A DNA stretch of 64,000 bases from Octopus vulgaris (Eukaryota): the NCBI GenBank assembly GCA_951406725.2, contig OX597840.1, forward strand, positions 16,120,001 through 16,184,000. Direction: 5' to 3'. The notes under the pieces are model-generated. The model searched no databases, had not been told where the DNA came from, and saw nothing but the letters and a program-made list of their open reading frames with translations. Each line of letters starts with the position of its first letter. Within the stretch, counting starts at the first letter, position 1. Below are positions 39,501 to 48,635 of this stretch, piece after piece. The position numbers were made by a program, and so were the translations under genes.

Positions 39501-40390
39501 AGCCCCTGGCTTCCCAGACCCCCGTCGAACCGTCCAACCCGTGCTCTCGCGGAAAACGGACGTTAAACGATGATGATGATGTATATGAGGTTGTATCAAA
39601 AAGTTCCTGGACTAGTTCAGTAGTGTGCCAACAGGTGGCAGCACACAGTTGCGTGTGTACTGAGTGCTATCAGTGATCTTCATGAGGCAGTGTTCTGAGT
39701 GACATTGCTGTGTTTACTTTGCAAGTTGTGAAATTTGTGTTCTTGTGATTACATGTGTTTGCTGTAGTCTGTGATTTTGTCACGGATAGGAACAAAGAGC
39801 CAACATGAAATTTTGTGTTAATCTTAGGAAGTCTGCTACAAAGACATTGAGCATGCTTTGGCAGGCTTACAGTGATGAGGCAATGGGTCGTATGCAAAGT
39901 TGTGGTGGGGGACAAACACAGACACAAGACTCACACACATACATATATATATATAGTGGGCTTCTTTCAGTTTCTATCTGTCAAATCCACTCACAAGGTT
40001 TTGGTCAGTTGCCATGCAGTGGGACTGAACTTGGAACCATGTTGCTGGGAAGCAAACTTCTTACCACACAGCCATTGGCAATATCTAATCCAGCCAAGCC
40101 AAGTCATTCTTATTTCTGCTTCTTTTATTCTCTCGCCTCACCTGACTAATCTAATTCTTCTTCTTCCTCCATTTCCAGCTCTGATGTCAGCCATACGGCA
40201 AATGTCTACAGTAATTGAATATTTCCAAACTGTTGAAGCATACAAGCTGCAAAAGGATGCACTGTATTACCAGTCCCGGATATGCGAGAGTTTGGGTTAC
40301 ACTGCTGAGAGGAATAGATACGCTCGGGAGTTCCGGCACCTAGACCAACTTTACCCATCGGTCCAGAAAATAGATGTCACACTGTTGTAG
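5609..40390 (+). CDS. ANAPC5: Anaphase-promoting complex subunit 5, whole gene: join(5609..5854,8050..8132,9748..9860,12481..12646,13573..13633,18111..18212,19382..19587,22815..22896,23503..23577,24830..24897,28208..28321,30682..30805,32175..32371,33451..33567,36332..36479,37633..37798,40179..40390); 2280 nt, 759 aa
   Basis: All 16 introns are GT-AG with matching phases, and the joined frame is open. APC5 motifs are present: [105 protein letters not shown]. Confidence 0.95.
5940..6630 (+). mobile_element. RTE LINE 3' fragment with internal tandem re-duplications
   Basis: The block tggtcatgtgatgcatatggatgagga...ggaagaggtagacccaggaagacc is repeated about 4 times (~6070-6380) and followed by the shared 3' tail (ggtgttaggaagggtgtcca). 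Confidence 0.65.
7700..7910. mobile_element. Foldback/MITE-like element with ~70-bp inverted arms
   Basis: aacaattgcagcgtggaaggtgtttataagccatttaagaaacac... is mirrored by ...gtgtttcttaaatggcttataaacaccttccatgctgcaattgtt. Confidence 0.7.
8050..8132 (+). CDS. ANAPC5: ANAPC5 coding exon 2
   Basis: acattacag|GGACCT; [27 protein letters not shown]; AG|gtttga; phase 0 to 2. Confidence 0.85.
9748..9860 (+). CDS. ANAPC5: ANAPC5 coding exon 3
   Basis: tttccag|G; [19 protein letters not shown]...MHKSSLF; G|gtaagt. Confidence 0.9.
12481..12646 (+). CDS. ANAPC5: ANAPC5 coding exon 4
   Basis: atttcag|GT; [20 protein letters not shown]...; donor AC|gttagt chosen by phase match to exon 5. Confidence 0.85.
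13573..13633 (+). CDS. ANAPC5: ANAPC5 coding exon 5
   Basis: caacag|A; [20 protein letters not shown]; CAG|gtgagt. Confidence 0.88.
15130..17795 (+). mobile_element. 5'-truncated, pseudogenised Penelope-like element (RT plus C-terminal GIY-YIG endonuclease)
   Basis: RT motifs: [27 protein letters not shown], (stop)DEGAAIG...[21 protein letters not shown]. Cys-rich linker CTDRYCTMC...[13 protein letters not shown]. Endonuclease [17 protein letters not shown]...HAEQEH...EATHI...PSLN. Lesions: TAG at 15862, YV(DD)I catalytic aspartates deleted, a 44-bp tandem duplication at 16607/16651, and a TGA in the endonuclease. It ends in (TA)n. Confidence 0.88.
18111..18212 (+). CDS. ANAPC5: ANAPC5 coding exon 6
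   Basis: ctgttcag|GCA; [34 protein letters not shown]; |gtaagt. Confidence 0.9.
19382..19587 (+). CDS. ANAPC5: ANAPC5 coding exon 7
   Basis: atcctcag|CAC; [11 protein letters not shown]...[16 protein letters not shown]; AA|gtaagt. Confidence 0.93.
20033..20436 (+). mobile_element. tRNA-derived SINE family A with central microsatellite (representative copy)
   Basis: A/B-box-like head (gtggctgtgtggtaag...gggtcagtcccactg), cttggccaagtg core and (TA/TG)n middle. Other copies (mostly on the minus strand) lie at ~5165-5380, 10805-11200, 13855-14230, 18772-19180, 24295-24700, 29210-29585, 42915-43250 and 57998-58375. Confidence 0.8.
22815..22896 (+). CDS. ANAPC5: ANAPC5 coding exon 8
   Basis: ttttcag|A; [27 protein letters not shown]; TTG|gtaaga. 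Confidence 0.93.
23503..23577 (+). CDS. ANAPC5: ANAPC5 coding exon 9
   Basis: ttctccag|GTT; [25 protein letters not shown]; |gtaagt. Confidence 0.87.
24830..24897 (+). CDS. ANAPC5: ANAPC5 coding exon 10
   Basis: tttgttcag|GCT; [22 protein letters not shown]; AA|gtaagt. Confidence 0.87.
25963..26442. mobile_element. Two tandem piggyBac-like MITEs (TTAA-flanked, CCCT...AGGG ends)
   Basis: ttaacccttttgatacc...aaagggttaa (25963-26187) and a second copy at 26211-26442. A related TTAA family (ttaaccctttagcattcagattactc...tgctaaagggtta) lies at ~2653-2878 and 12965-13178. Confidence 0.65.
27772..27995 (+). mobile_element. tRNA-derived SINE family B (representative copy)
   Basis: gagctggcagaat...tgagttcaaattc (B box), then gactttgcNtttcatcctttcggggtcgataaa core and (ATT)n tail. 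Copies lie at ~1786-2010, 7130-7315, 12265-12450, 23208-23390, 31510-32160 (tandem), 32545-32740, 44645-45150 and 49245-49462(-). Confidence 0.8.
28208..28321 (+). CDS. ANAPC5: ANAPC5 coding exon 11
   Basis: ttttcag|T; VIESMLSNN...[15 protein letters not shown]; AG|gtaaga. Confidence 0.9.
30682..30805 (+). CDS. ANAPC5: ANAPC5 coding exon 12
   Basis: tttgcag|A; [14 protein letters not shown]...[17 protein letters not shown]; CAG|gtaact. Confidence 0.9.
32175..32371 (+). CDS. ANAPC5: ANAPC5 coding exon 13
   Basis: tttttag|GGT; GMIDVAM...[16 protein letters not shown]...EADI; AG|gtttgt. Confidence 0.9.
33451..33567 (+). CDS. ANAPC5: ANAPC5 coding exon 14
   Basis: ttctgtag|A; [25 protein letters not shown]...; CG|gtaagt. 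Confidence 0.88.
34168..34907. repeat. ~75-bp inverted repeat (~34168-34243 vs ~34832-34907) around a ~590-bp spacer, next to (TA)n; probable Penelope-like pLTR remnant
   Basis: aatcaaaataagcaacaagtatatctgaggtaatgtggtacgatcgtttcatgctacttcattttattaaaca and its reverse complement. It includes the half-hammerhead GAAAC-GATC-GTA. Confidence 0.7.
35020..35231. mobile_element. Tigger/pogo-like MITE remnant
   Basis: taatccctcgataatcgc ... gatatggcgagggattactgta form inverted termini ending in TA. A similar CAGT-type MITE lies at ~22472-22688. Confidence 0.45.
36332..36479 (+). CDS. ANAPC5: ANAPC5 coding exon 15
   Basis: ttttccag|G; [13 protein letters not shown]...AIMQLAQIQ; CAG|gtatgg. Confidence 0.92.
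37633..37798 (+). CDS. ANAPC5: ANAPC5 coding exon 16
   Basis: ttgacag|ATC; ILMGLPHLA...[14 protein letters not shown]...; G|gtaaaa. Confidence 0.92.
37990..39580 (+). mobile_element. RTE-clade LINE 3' end (ORF C-terminus, 3' UTR with tandem array, (GAT)n tail)
   Basis: [26 protein letters not shown]...[10 protein letters not shown]...[18 protein letters not shown]...DRDLWR; 3' tail ggcgttaggaagggcatccagc...ggacgttaaacgatgatgatgat. The same tail is dispersed in many copies (e.g. ~11915-12210, 14660-15130, 21735-22350, 27450-27715, 55015-55450). Confidence 0.85.
38528..39401 (+). repeat. Minisatellite of 12 near-identical 67-68 bp units plus 1 divergent unit
   Basis: Unit gtggcacataaaaagcaccatccgaacgtggccgtagccagcgctgacttgactggcatctgggccg starts at 38528, 38595, 38662, 38729, 38797, 38864, 38932, 38999, 39066, 39133, 39201, 39268 and 39335. 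Confidence 0.95.
39584..39897 (+). mobile_element. mariner transposon 5' remnant
   Basis: TA followed by gaggttgtatcaaaaagttcc TIR; translates to [34 protein letters not shown] (mariner N-terminal HTH). Confidence 0.7.
40179..40390 (+). CDS. ANAPC5: ANAPC5 coding exon 17 (terminal)
   Basis: atttccag|CT; ALMSAIRQM...DALYYQSRI...[18 protein letters not shown]...LL-TAG. Confidence 0.92.
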
Positions 40391-40493
40391 AGACACACAG
40401 ACTCACTGTTTGTCTCTCTTTGGTTGGAAAGGTTCCATCATTTTGATAATGGATTGTTACTGGTTTGTTCCTTAGATTTTTTTGCCAATGTAA

Positions 40494-40527
<34 letters not shown>

Positions 40528-41730
40528 CATGTGTGTATACATGTATGTATACAGATTTCTGTATATATGTGTATGCATGTATATGTGTGTTTATATCTGT
40601 TCATACACAGACACACATACATTGGCTGTGATATGATTTGAACCTTTAACACCTTCACCAACAGTTTTACACTTCATCATCTTGGGAAGCTGAGGCTGTC
40701 CAAAACACCACCACCTGATTCCTACACAAGTCCCTTCCATCCTCCAGAGGTGAAAACCTCTCATCAGAGTCACTGAATTTTTTTCTAAGTTGACAGATTT
40801 TGACTGATATCAAAACTGAAGCCAGTCAGGCAACACTCTACTGACTGAAAGGTCAATAGTTCAAATCCCTGTCTTCTGTTCTTATAAACATGGGTTATTT
40901 GGATGCCACTGAAGAAGACCCTTTCAGTCTTAAAGTAAGAATTCAGCACAGGAGGAACCTAGCAGAACTGGGTTATTTATTGTCTTCTCCAGATTCCAGG
41001 TATTACAGGCTCAGTAGAACACTCATCAATTCAATGCTTACACTGCTGCCCCTGCCTACAGCAAAGGGTTGTCGCTTTTTTCTTTGAAACCTATTTACAA
41101 CTAGGTGGACTGAGTCATTTTAGAATTGAGTGTCCTTGGCCACAGGCACAACACAGGGAGTGGTGATAAACTACGAGCCATATGCATCTCTGCTGGTTGT
41201 CCCAGTCTACCTAGTTGCAAATAGGCACCACGAGTAGGTAAAGCCATACAACTGTGTAAGTGAGTTGTGTGTTTTATTAGTCTGTTGTGCCTAAATTAAA
41301 CAAATAATACACTTCAGAGATTGATAAACTCGATCGAAGATGTTAAACAAGTCTTCAGTGGTGCCTCTTATATCCAAACTGGTTCTGAGACTCGATATTC
41401 TCTGGAGGTGTCTTAGTAAACCCAAAGGAAGTATTGAACTCAACTGAATGAACAAATGTTAAACTGTAATTTTTCAATAAATGCTAATAACAAAAAGTGT
41501 TTTTTGTGTATAATTAATTGTTCTTGGCTTTGGGTAAAAGAAAATACAGGAGGGTTAGTTAGTTATGATTTTATTCATCATATTCCCCTCTCAGATTCAC
41601 AAACTTACTGCAGTGGTTCTTCAGTTCTTCTAAGCCCTGTAAAAGAACTTGGAAGGTTAAACCTCCAACCAGGCCTTTCATAATACCCTTAAAGCAAGGA
41701 ACTTTTCAGCACTCCTTATATATATATATT

Positions 41731-41938
41731 CAAGGGGTGCTGAAAAGTTCCTGGCTCTGGATAAAAGAAAATATAGGAGGCTCAGTTAATTATGATTTTA
41801 TTCAACATATTCCTCTCTAAGATTGACACACTTATTGCAGCAGTCCTTCAGTTCTTCTAAGCCCTGTAAAAGAACTTAGAAGGTTGGGCCCCCAACCAGG
41901 TCTTTCACAACATCCAGGAACTTTTCAGCACCTCCTCA
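41731..41938. mobile_element. mariner-derived MITE (a partial second copy lies at ~41520-41718)
   Basis: Inverted termini aggggtgctgaaaagttcctgg ... ccaggaacttttcagcacctcct. Confidence 0.65.
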
Positions 41939-43099
41939 TATGTTTGGTTACAGCATATATGCAGGTATATACAGATGATGGGGCCATTTTTTTAACCTTT
42001 CAGTTATGACAGAAGTGCTCATGACCTTTTAATACTTTAAAATGGGCTTATCCAGCCTAAATATTGAACCTGTTCTATGTTCAAACCAACCAGATCTGGT
42101 CTCTCACACCTACCCTACAATGTCATTTTAAAAATAAACTAACATTGTTGAGATCTTGATTGATTCAAAATGATGTGAATGAATAAGCATTACATTTGAT
42201 AGAGTAATCAGAATGTTAAAGGGTCAAGGGACCTCCAAAACTACTGGGAGAGAAGGAAAATATCTGCAAACCAGAGAGCCTGACTCAAATGCTTATAACA
42301 GACTGAACCCTGCAAAAGACACCAAAAATACCAGCTGGGGATGTTAACCCTTGAACTGTGAAATTAAATTTCATGGTTATTCTAGTAATGATGTTAAATA
42401 TGTAGTAGAAAACCAGAATTGGTATTTTCTGCAAGTCATGTGGCTTCACTAATCTTGACTTATCTCAACAGTAAGTTGTTTCAAACCTGACATTCCTCAA
42501 CAAAAGCTAGATTGGTGTATAAAACTGCTTTCTGTATGAAAGATAATGACATTTTGAGTGGATGTGTATGATTTCTACAATAAAACCCAAGTAAGCCAAA
42601 GTGGGATTTGAACTCAGAATGCAAAGTGGCACAGCAAGAATGAGCAGTGAGGGATCATCTGGCTTGGAGTCACACAGTTTAATTCAACGAAGCTTGGGGT
42701 TTTACTATTTGTGGAAATCACTTACAGAGTTGTTTCACTGCCTGATGAAACAATGTCTGTATTTGAAGTTGTATACTGAGGGTGCTGCTGGGCTCCAAGT
42801 ATTTACCCTAAACTTAAAAGACAACTAGAAGCACAGCCAGTTTCTAAAGTTAGGGGAAGCGAGCACCGAAAAAAGCACCACCACAACAACACATACCAAA
42901 CAGTTTATAACTCATTCTTTTACTTGTTTGACTGTGGCTATGCTGGAGCACCGCCTTTAGTCAAGCAAATCGACCGCAGGACTTATTCTTTGTAAGCCTA
43001 GTACTTATTCTATCTGTCTCTTTTACTGAACTGCTAAGTTACAGGGATGTAAACACACCAACATCGGTTGTCAAGCGATGTTGGGGGGGACAAACACGG

Positions 43100-43138
<39 letters not shown>

Positions 43139-44401
43139 CATATATACGACGGGCTTCTTTCAGTTTCCACCTACCAAATTCACTCACAAGGCTTTGGTCG
43201 ACTCGAGGCTGTGGTAGAAGACACTTGCCCAAGTGGGACTGAACCTGGAACCAAACAATTTAAAACTCATTTCTCTTATATTTCGCAAAACATTTCATTA
43301 ATTATAATACACGTGATTGTATTGTACATTCATTAATTTCTTTCAGTAACGATGTCATTACGTATGAAACTTACAACTGCTGGTATAAATATGATGTAAA
43401 AAAAGATGAACTTCCACAGGATTGTACAGTGTCGAGAGGTTATGATATTAGGGTTCGATTTGGTTCTTCAGCTGTCAACAGCCACCAACACATCACAGGA
43501 GATTGAGAAGACAGTTCTAAAACACAGGAGCTTGGTCAAATAGTGTAATGACTCCAGAAAGTTCTTCCACGGCCAATTGATTAACAAAAATAAAGAGGCT
43601 CGACTTTTATCACACAAGTGAACTAAAGAGTTACAAAAAAAAAATTGTTGAAAAGGCACTAATTTTGAAAAATGTGCTCATAGGGGCAGTCGCTCTCCTT
43701 GCTCCATTATCAGCTACGCTACTGAAGACAATATGCCCCAATACATCAAAGCCTAATTTCCTTAGTTAAAGAAAAAAACAAAATTCACCTGGAAGTAGAG
43801 GTGTAACAATCTTCCCAATTGTGTGTTCGTCACAACTACAGGATTAAATATAACTTAATTCTATTTACTATGGAATGGAGATACCTATACATAGCTGTGA
43901 TCTATATATGTGTGTGTAAATATATATATACACATATGCATGTTTCTATACATATGTAAGTATACATGTGTGTATATACATATTTATGTATATATATTTT
44001 TAAATATGAGGTCCCAGGTTCAATCCCACCACATGGTATCTTGGGCAAAACCTCAAGTCACACTGATTCTGTTTGAGGAGTAGGTTAAGAGTACATGGGC
44101 TTCATTCAGTTTCCATCTACAAAATCCACTCTCAATTCTTTGCTTAGTCAGGACTGTAGTAGAGGACAAATGCCCAAGGTGCCATGCTGTGGGACTGAAC
44201 CCGAAACCTTGTGGTCAGAAAGCAAGCTTCTCAACCACACTGCCAGGCCTGCTGCTATAGTAAATAGAACTAAATGTAATTGTGACTAGCTTCACAGATA
44301 TATATTCATTCACAACAACATATTTAATACTTACACCCTTTAGCAAACAGAACCACATCATATATGTAGGGCTGTGACTACCTTTATTATATGTCATCTT
44401 G

Positions 44402-44609
44402 TTATTCAGAAATAGAATCGTCTTCTGACAAACTGCGTTTGTCTTTCATGGAGAGTTTTTTGGGTGGAGGTTCAATATTCAGTTTCTGACGTAAATCAAC
44501 AACATTCTCTTCCCAATATTTCTCAAAATACACAGACAGAAGAAATTTTGAATTCCGTCCACAACGAATGGCCCATGGCATAAATTCACTCCAGTATAAC
44601 TGAGAATGT
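44402..44609 (-). CDS. COQ4: COQ4 exon 6 (terminal)
   Basis: ctgttttag|A; [71 protein letters not shown]; AATAAA on the minus strand at 44383-44388. Confidence 0.92.
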
Positions 44610-45309
44610 CTAAAACAGAAGGAAAAACAAAAATTATTATTATTTAAGGCAGTAAGCTGGCAGAATCGTTAGCACACCAGGTGAAATGCTTAGCAGTCTG
44701 GCACTATGTTCTGAGCTCAACTTTGCCTTTCATCCTTTCAGGGTCAATAAATTAAGTACCAGATAAACACTGGGGTCGATAAATTAACTGTTGAACACTG
44801 AGGTCGATAAATTAAGTACCTGTTGAACATTTGGGTCGACGTAATTGACACATCTCTCCCAAAATGGCTGCTTTTGTCGCAAAGTTTAAAAACATCATTA
44901 TTATTATTATCATCATCGTCATTATTTAAGTCGGCGAGTTTGCAGAATTGCTAGTGCACTGGATAAAATGCTTAGCGGTATTTCATGTCACTACGTTCTG
45001 AGTTCAAATTCCACCGAGGTTGACTTTGCTTTTCATCCTTTCGGGGGTCAATAAAATAAGTACCAGTTGTGTACTGGGGTTGATGTAATCAACTTCTCCC
45101 TCCTCCAAATGTCAGGCCTTGTGCCTATAGTAGAAAGGATCATTATTATTATCATCATCATCAACAAATGTCTGTCTAGTTAAGCTGTTTGCTTTGCAAC
45201 ATCATTTTGGGTTCAGTCCTGCTGCATAGCAGGCCAACCATTGCCTTATGAGTGGTTGATGGAAACTGTGTGGAAGCCACTTGCATGTGTGTGTGTGTGT
45301 GTGTGTGTG

Positions 45310-45350
<41 letters not shown>

Positions 45351-48250
45351 TGGCACGTAAAACACCCATTATACTCTTGGAGTGGTTGGCATTAGGAAAG
45401 GCATCCAGCTGTAGAAAACCATGACAAATCAGACTGGAGTCTGGTGCAGCTGTCCAGCGTGCCAGCCTGATCAAACCATCCAATCCATGCCAGCATGGAC
45501 AACGGACGTTAAATGACATCAATTTTGACGTATCAGGATCCGGCAGCCTACACTTTCTTTGTCAGTCGTAATGCTTATGTCGAATGTGACGTTTCAGTCC
45601 CGCCAGCAATTTGCAATGAAGCCTGCAAATGTTACAAGTATGAGGATTACGGATCAATTCAGGCGGCGTATTTGCAACCGCTTTTCTCTTTTCCCTTGCA
45701 CTCCCTAAGCCAGTTGATGCAGGTTGAAACATAGTTTCTTATACCAGTTTGACACAAGGATTTCCATTTTGTTTGCTCCAAGTCTCAAAGCTGTTGTGAG
45801 CTATACTGACTGCTGAGAGGTTACTCTTTAGCTTGTCCTTATATCTGAGCCATAGTTGACCAACATTCCTGTGCCCACTCTCAAGCTGGCTGTACATGAG
45901 GACTTTGGGTATTCTTTTATCACTCATTCTGACAACATGACCAGCCCAGTGCAATTGTGACTGCATTGGGAAGCTTTCGATTCCAGCAAACTTACACTTG
46001 CTAAACAGGTTGACATTAAACACACATGTATGTATCTGTGTTTGTCACCCCCACCCCACCCACTGCTTGACAATCAGTGTTGGTTTGTTTATGTCCCTGT
46101 AACTTAGCGGTTTGACATAAGAGGATGATAGAATAAGTGCAAGACTTAAAAAGAAGGCCTGGGTGTGATTTATTTGGCTACATCCTTCAAGGCGGTGCCC
46201 CAGCATGGCCGCAGTCAAATGACTGAAACAAGTAAAGAATTAAAAAGTAAAAGGAGAAAGACAACACTTACTTTGGGCCAAGTCGTAGGGGACCAAAAAC
46301 TGCCGCAGTTATACACATAGGTAAACCAGTCTGTAGGGCCTCTATCCACTTGACAACTACTTCCCCTAACATGTGGGGAGGCATACCCAGCAATGCATGG
46401 ATCAAGTCATGGGTCTGCCTGTAACGCAGCATGATGTAGACAAGATCTGGATCATCGACGAAATGAACAGGCCGTCGGCCATCGGGATCGAAACCCTGTC
46501 AAAAGGGTTAGAAAAATAAATAAAGAAAAGAAAAAGAAAAAAAGAAACAAAATACAGGAAAATGCATTCTACTTGTTTCAGCCATTGCACTGCAGCATTC
46601 CTGGGGCAGCAGCTTCAAGAGTTTTCATAAAAAAAATCGATTCCAGTAATTATTCTATCAGTCCTTTTTGTTGAACTGCTAGGCTATGGGGTCAGACAGA
46701 CAAAAAGACACCGCCCACACACACAGACACATATGCATATGTTTGAATACATGCACACACATATACATATGTATATGTACACACACACACACATATATAT
46801 ACATATCCAGCCATAGAAAACCATGCCAAATCAGACTGGAGTCTGGTGCAGCCTCCCAGCTTACCAGCCTGGTCAAACTGTCCAACTCATGCCAGCATGG
46901 ACAATGGATGTTAAGTGATGATGTATACACACACACATGTATACATATGTATATACACGCACACATACATTTTTATGTCAGACTACTACACACTTGGTAG
47001 GCTGATGTCTAGCAAATTCATCCACAGGCATTGATTGGTCCAGGCCTATAGTGGAAGACACTTGCCCAAGGTGCTGTACAGAGGGACTGAACTCAAAGCC
47101 ACATGGTAGCAAGGTAAGCTTCTGATATGTCCCGCATTATGATGATGTAACTTCGTCTGCATGACTGGCCCATACAGTGTACCTTGCCGACTTACACTGC
47201 TTGCTGTGCCTGTTCACTATTTATCAGTAGTGGAACAGCCCACTTCTCACTTGGGGGTCTCTGCTACAACACCTCCCCACCCTTGAGATTTTTTTCTATT
47301 TTCACACAGCATTTTTTTTAACATTTCTTTTTCTTCCACGCAGAATTACTTTTCACTTCAGAATGCCGCAGGTAGTACCAGTCTACATTGTTTACCGGTA
47401 GTGCTACTAGCACATATCGACCTGACTTAAATACTTCAAATGGATTTATATTATTTTTCCCTGAGTGTAGTTCGGTTCTGTGTAAGAGTTCCAGTTTTAT
47501 CAAACATTTTTTCTTCTGTGTGTAGTTCAGTTCTATATTAGTCTTATCTTCCACTGCGTGTAGTTCGACTCCTTGTTGCCACTGATATAGTGACACCATT
47601 ATACAGTGGGAAGTATCCTCATTGCCACTGATATGTCCTGCATCATGACAATGTAACTTCGTTGTCTGCGTAACTGGCCCATACAGTGTACCTTGCCGAC
47701 TGACACTGCTTTCTATGTCTGTCCATGATTTATCAGTAACGGAACAACCCACTTCTCACTTGGGTTGTCTGCCACAACAGCTTCTTAACCACACAACTAT
47801 AGAAATACCTAGTAAAAAAAAAAACAGTCCCAGCAAACAAAGAAATCATAGTAATGCACAAGCAGAGCTGTGTGGTCAAAGAGTTTGCATAACAACCTTG
47901 GACAGCAAGTCTCTTCTAGTGTAACCTCAATGTTTCAAGTGGAATGTCATCATCATCATTGTCATTTTAGCATCCCTGCCTGTATGGGCCAGACAGAGTT
48001 TACTGAGGCAGGCTTTCTTCAGTTAGGTGCTCTTCCTTGTCACTGACCCTCACCTGTTTCCAAGCAAGGTAATATTTTCTCATGGTCAGACATATTTTAC
48101 ACAGAATATTGGAAATGATTGGTACTGCTTGTATAACTGTGACACTCATTTACACATCAAGACATGGAGACACAATCACACATACAAATATATTCTCTAC
48201 ATACACATATACTCTTTCTCTCTTTATTTTGATACACACACACACACACG

Positions 48251-48289
<39 letters not shown>

Positions 48290-48597
48290 AAATGGAAAGA
48301 TGAATTTTCTTGTTACAGATTATTCAAAAGTTTAACCGATACCTGGGTAGCAAAAATCACAGCAGAAAAAAGAGTTTACCCATGGGCTCTTAAGGAGCGT
48401 CCTCGTTCGAATTGCTTTGCTGCGCCTCTGTTTTGTTTTGTTCTGACAACGTAATTCCTGGTTTTTCCTGAAGAGAAAGCTGCAATATGGTATCCTTATT
48501 TAATCAGAATTTGGAAAATTGTGGCCTTTGAAACATGTGTAGAATTTAATAAAAGGAATTCTGTACAATCTTCGTTCAACTCCATTTCTTCCATTCA

Positions 48598-48635
<38 letters not shown>

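Noticed and set aside
48310-48600. Unique-looking segment after an acceptor-like ttgttacag as an extra exon
   Set aside because: It has no recognisable protein motif, lies on the strand opposite COQ4, and the COQ4 model is complete without it.
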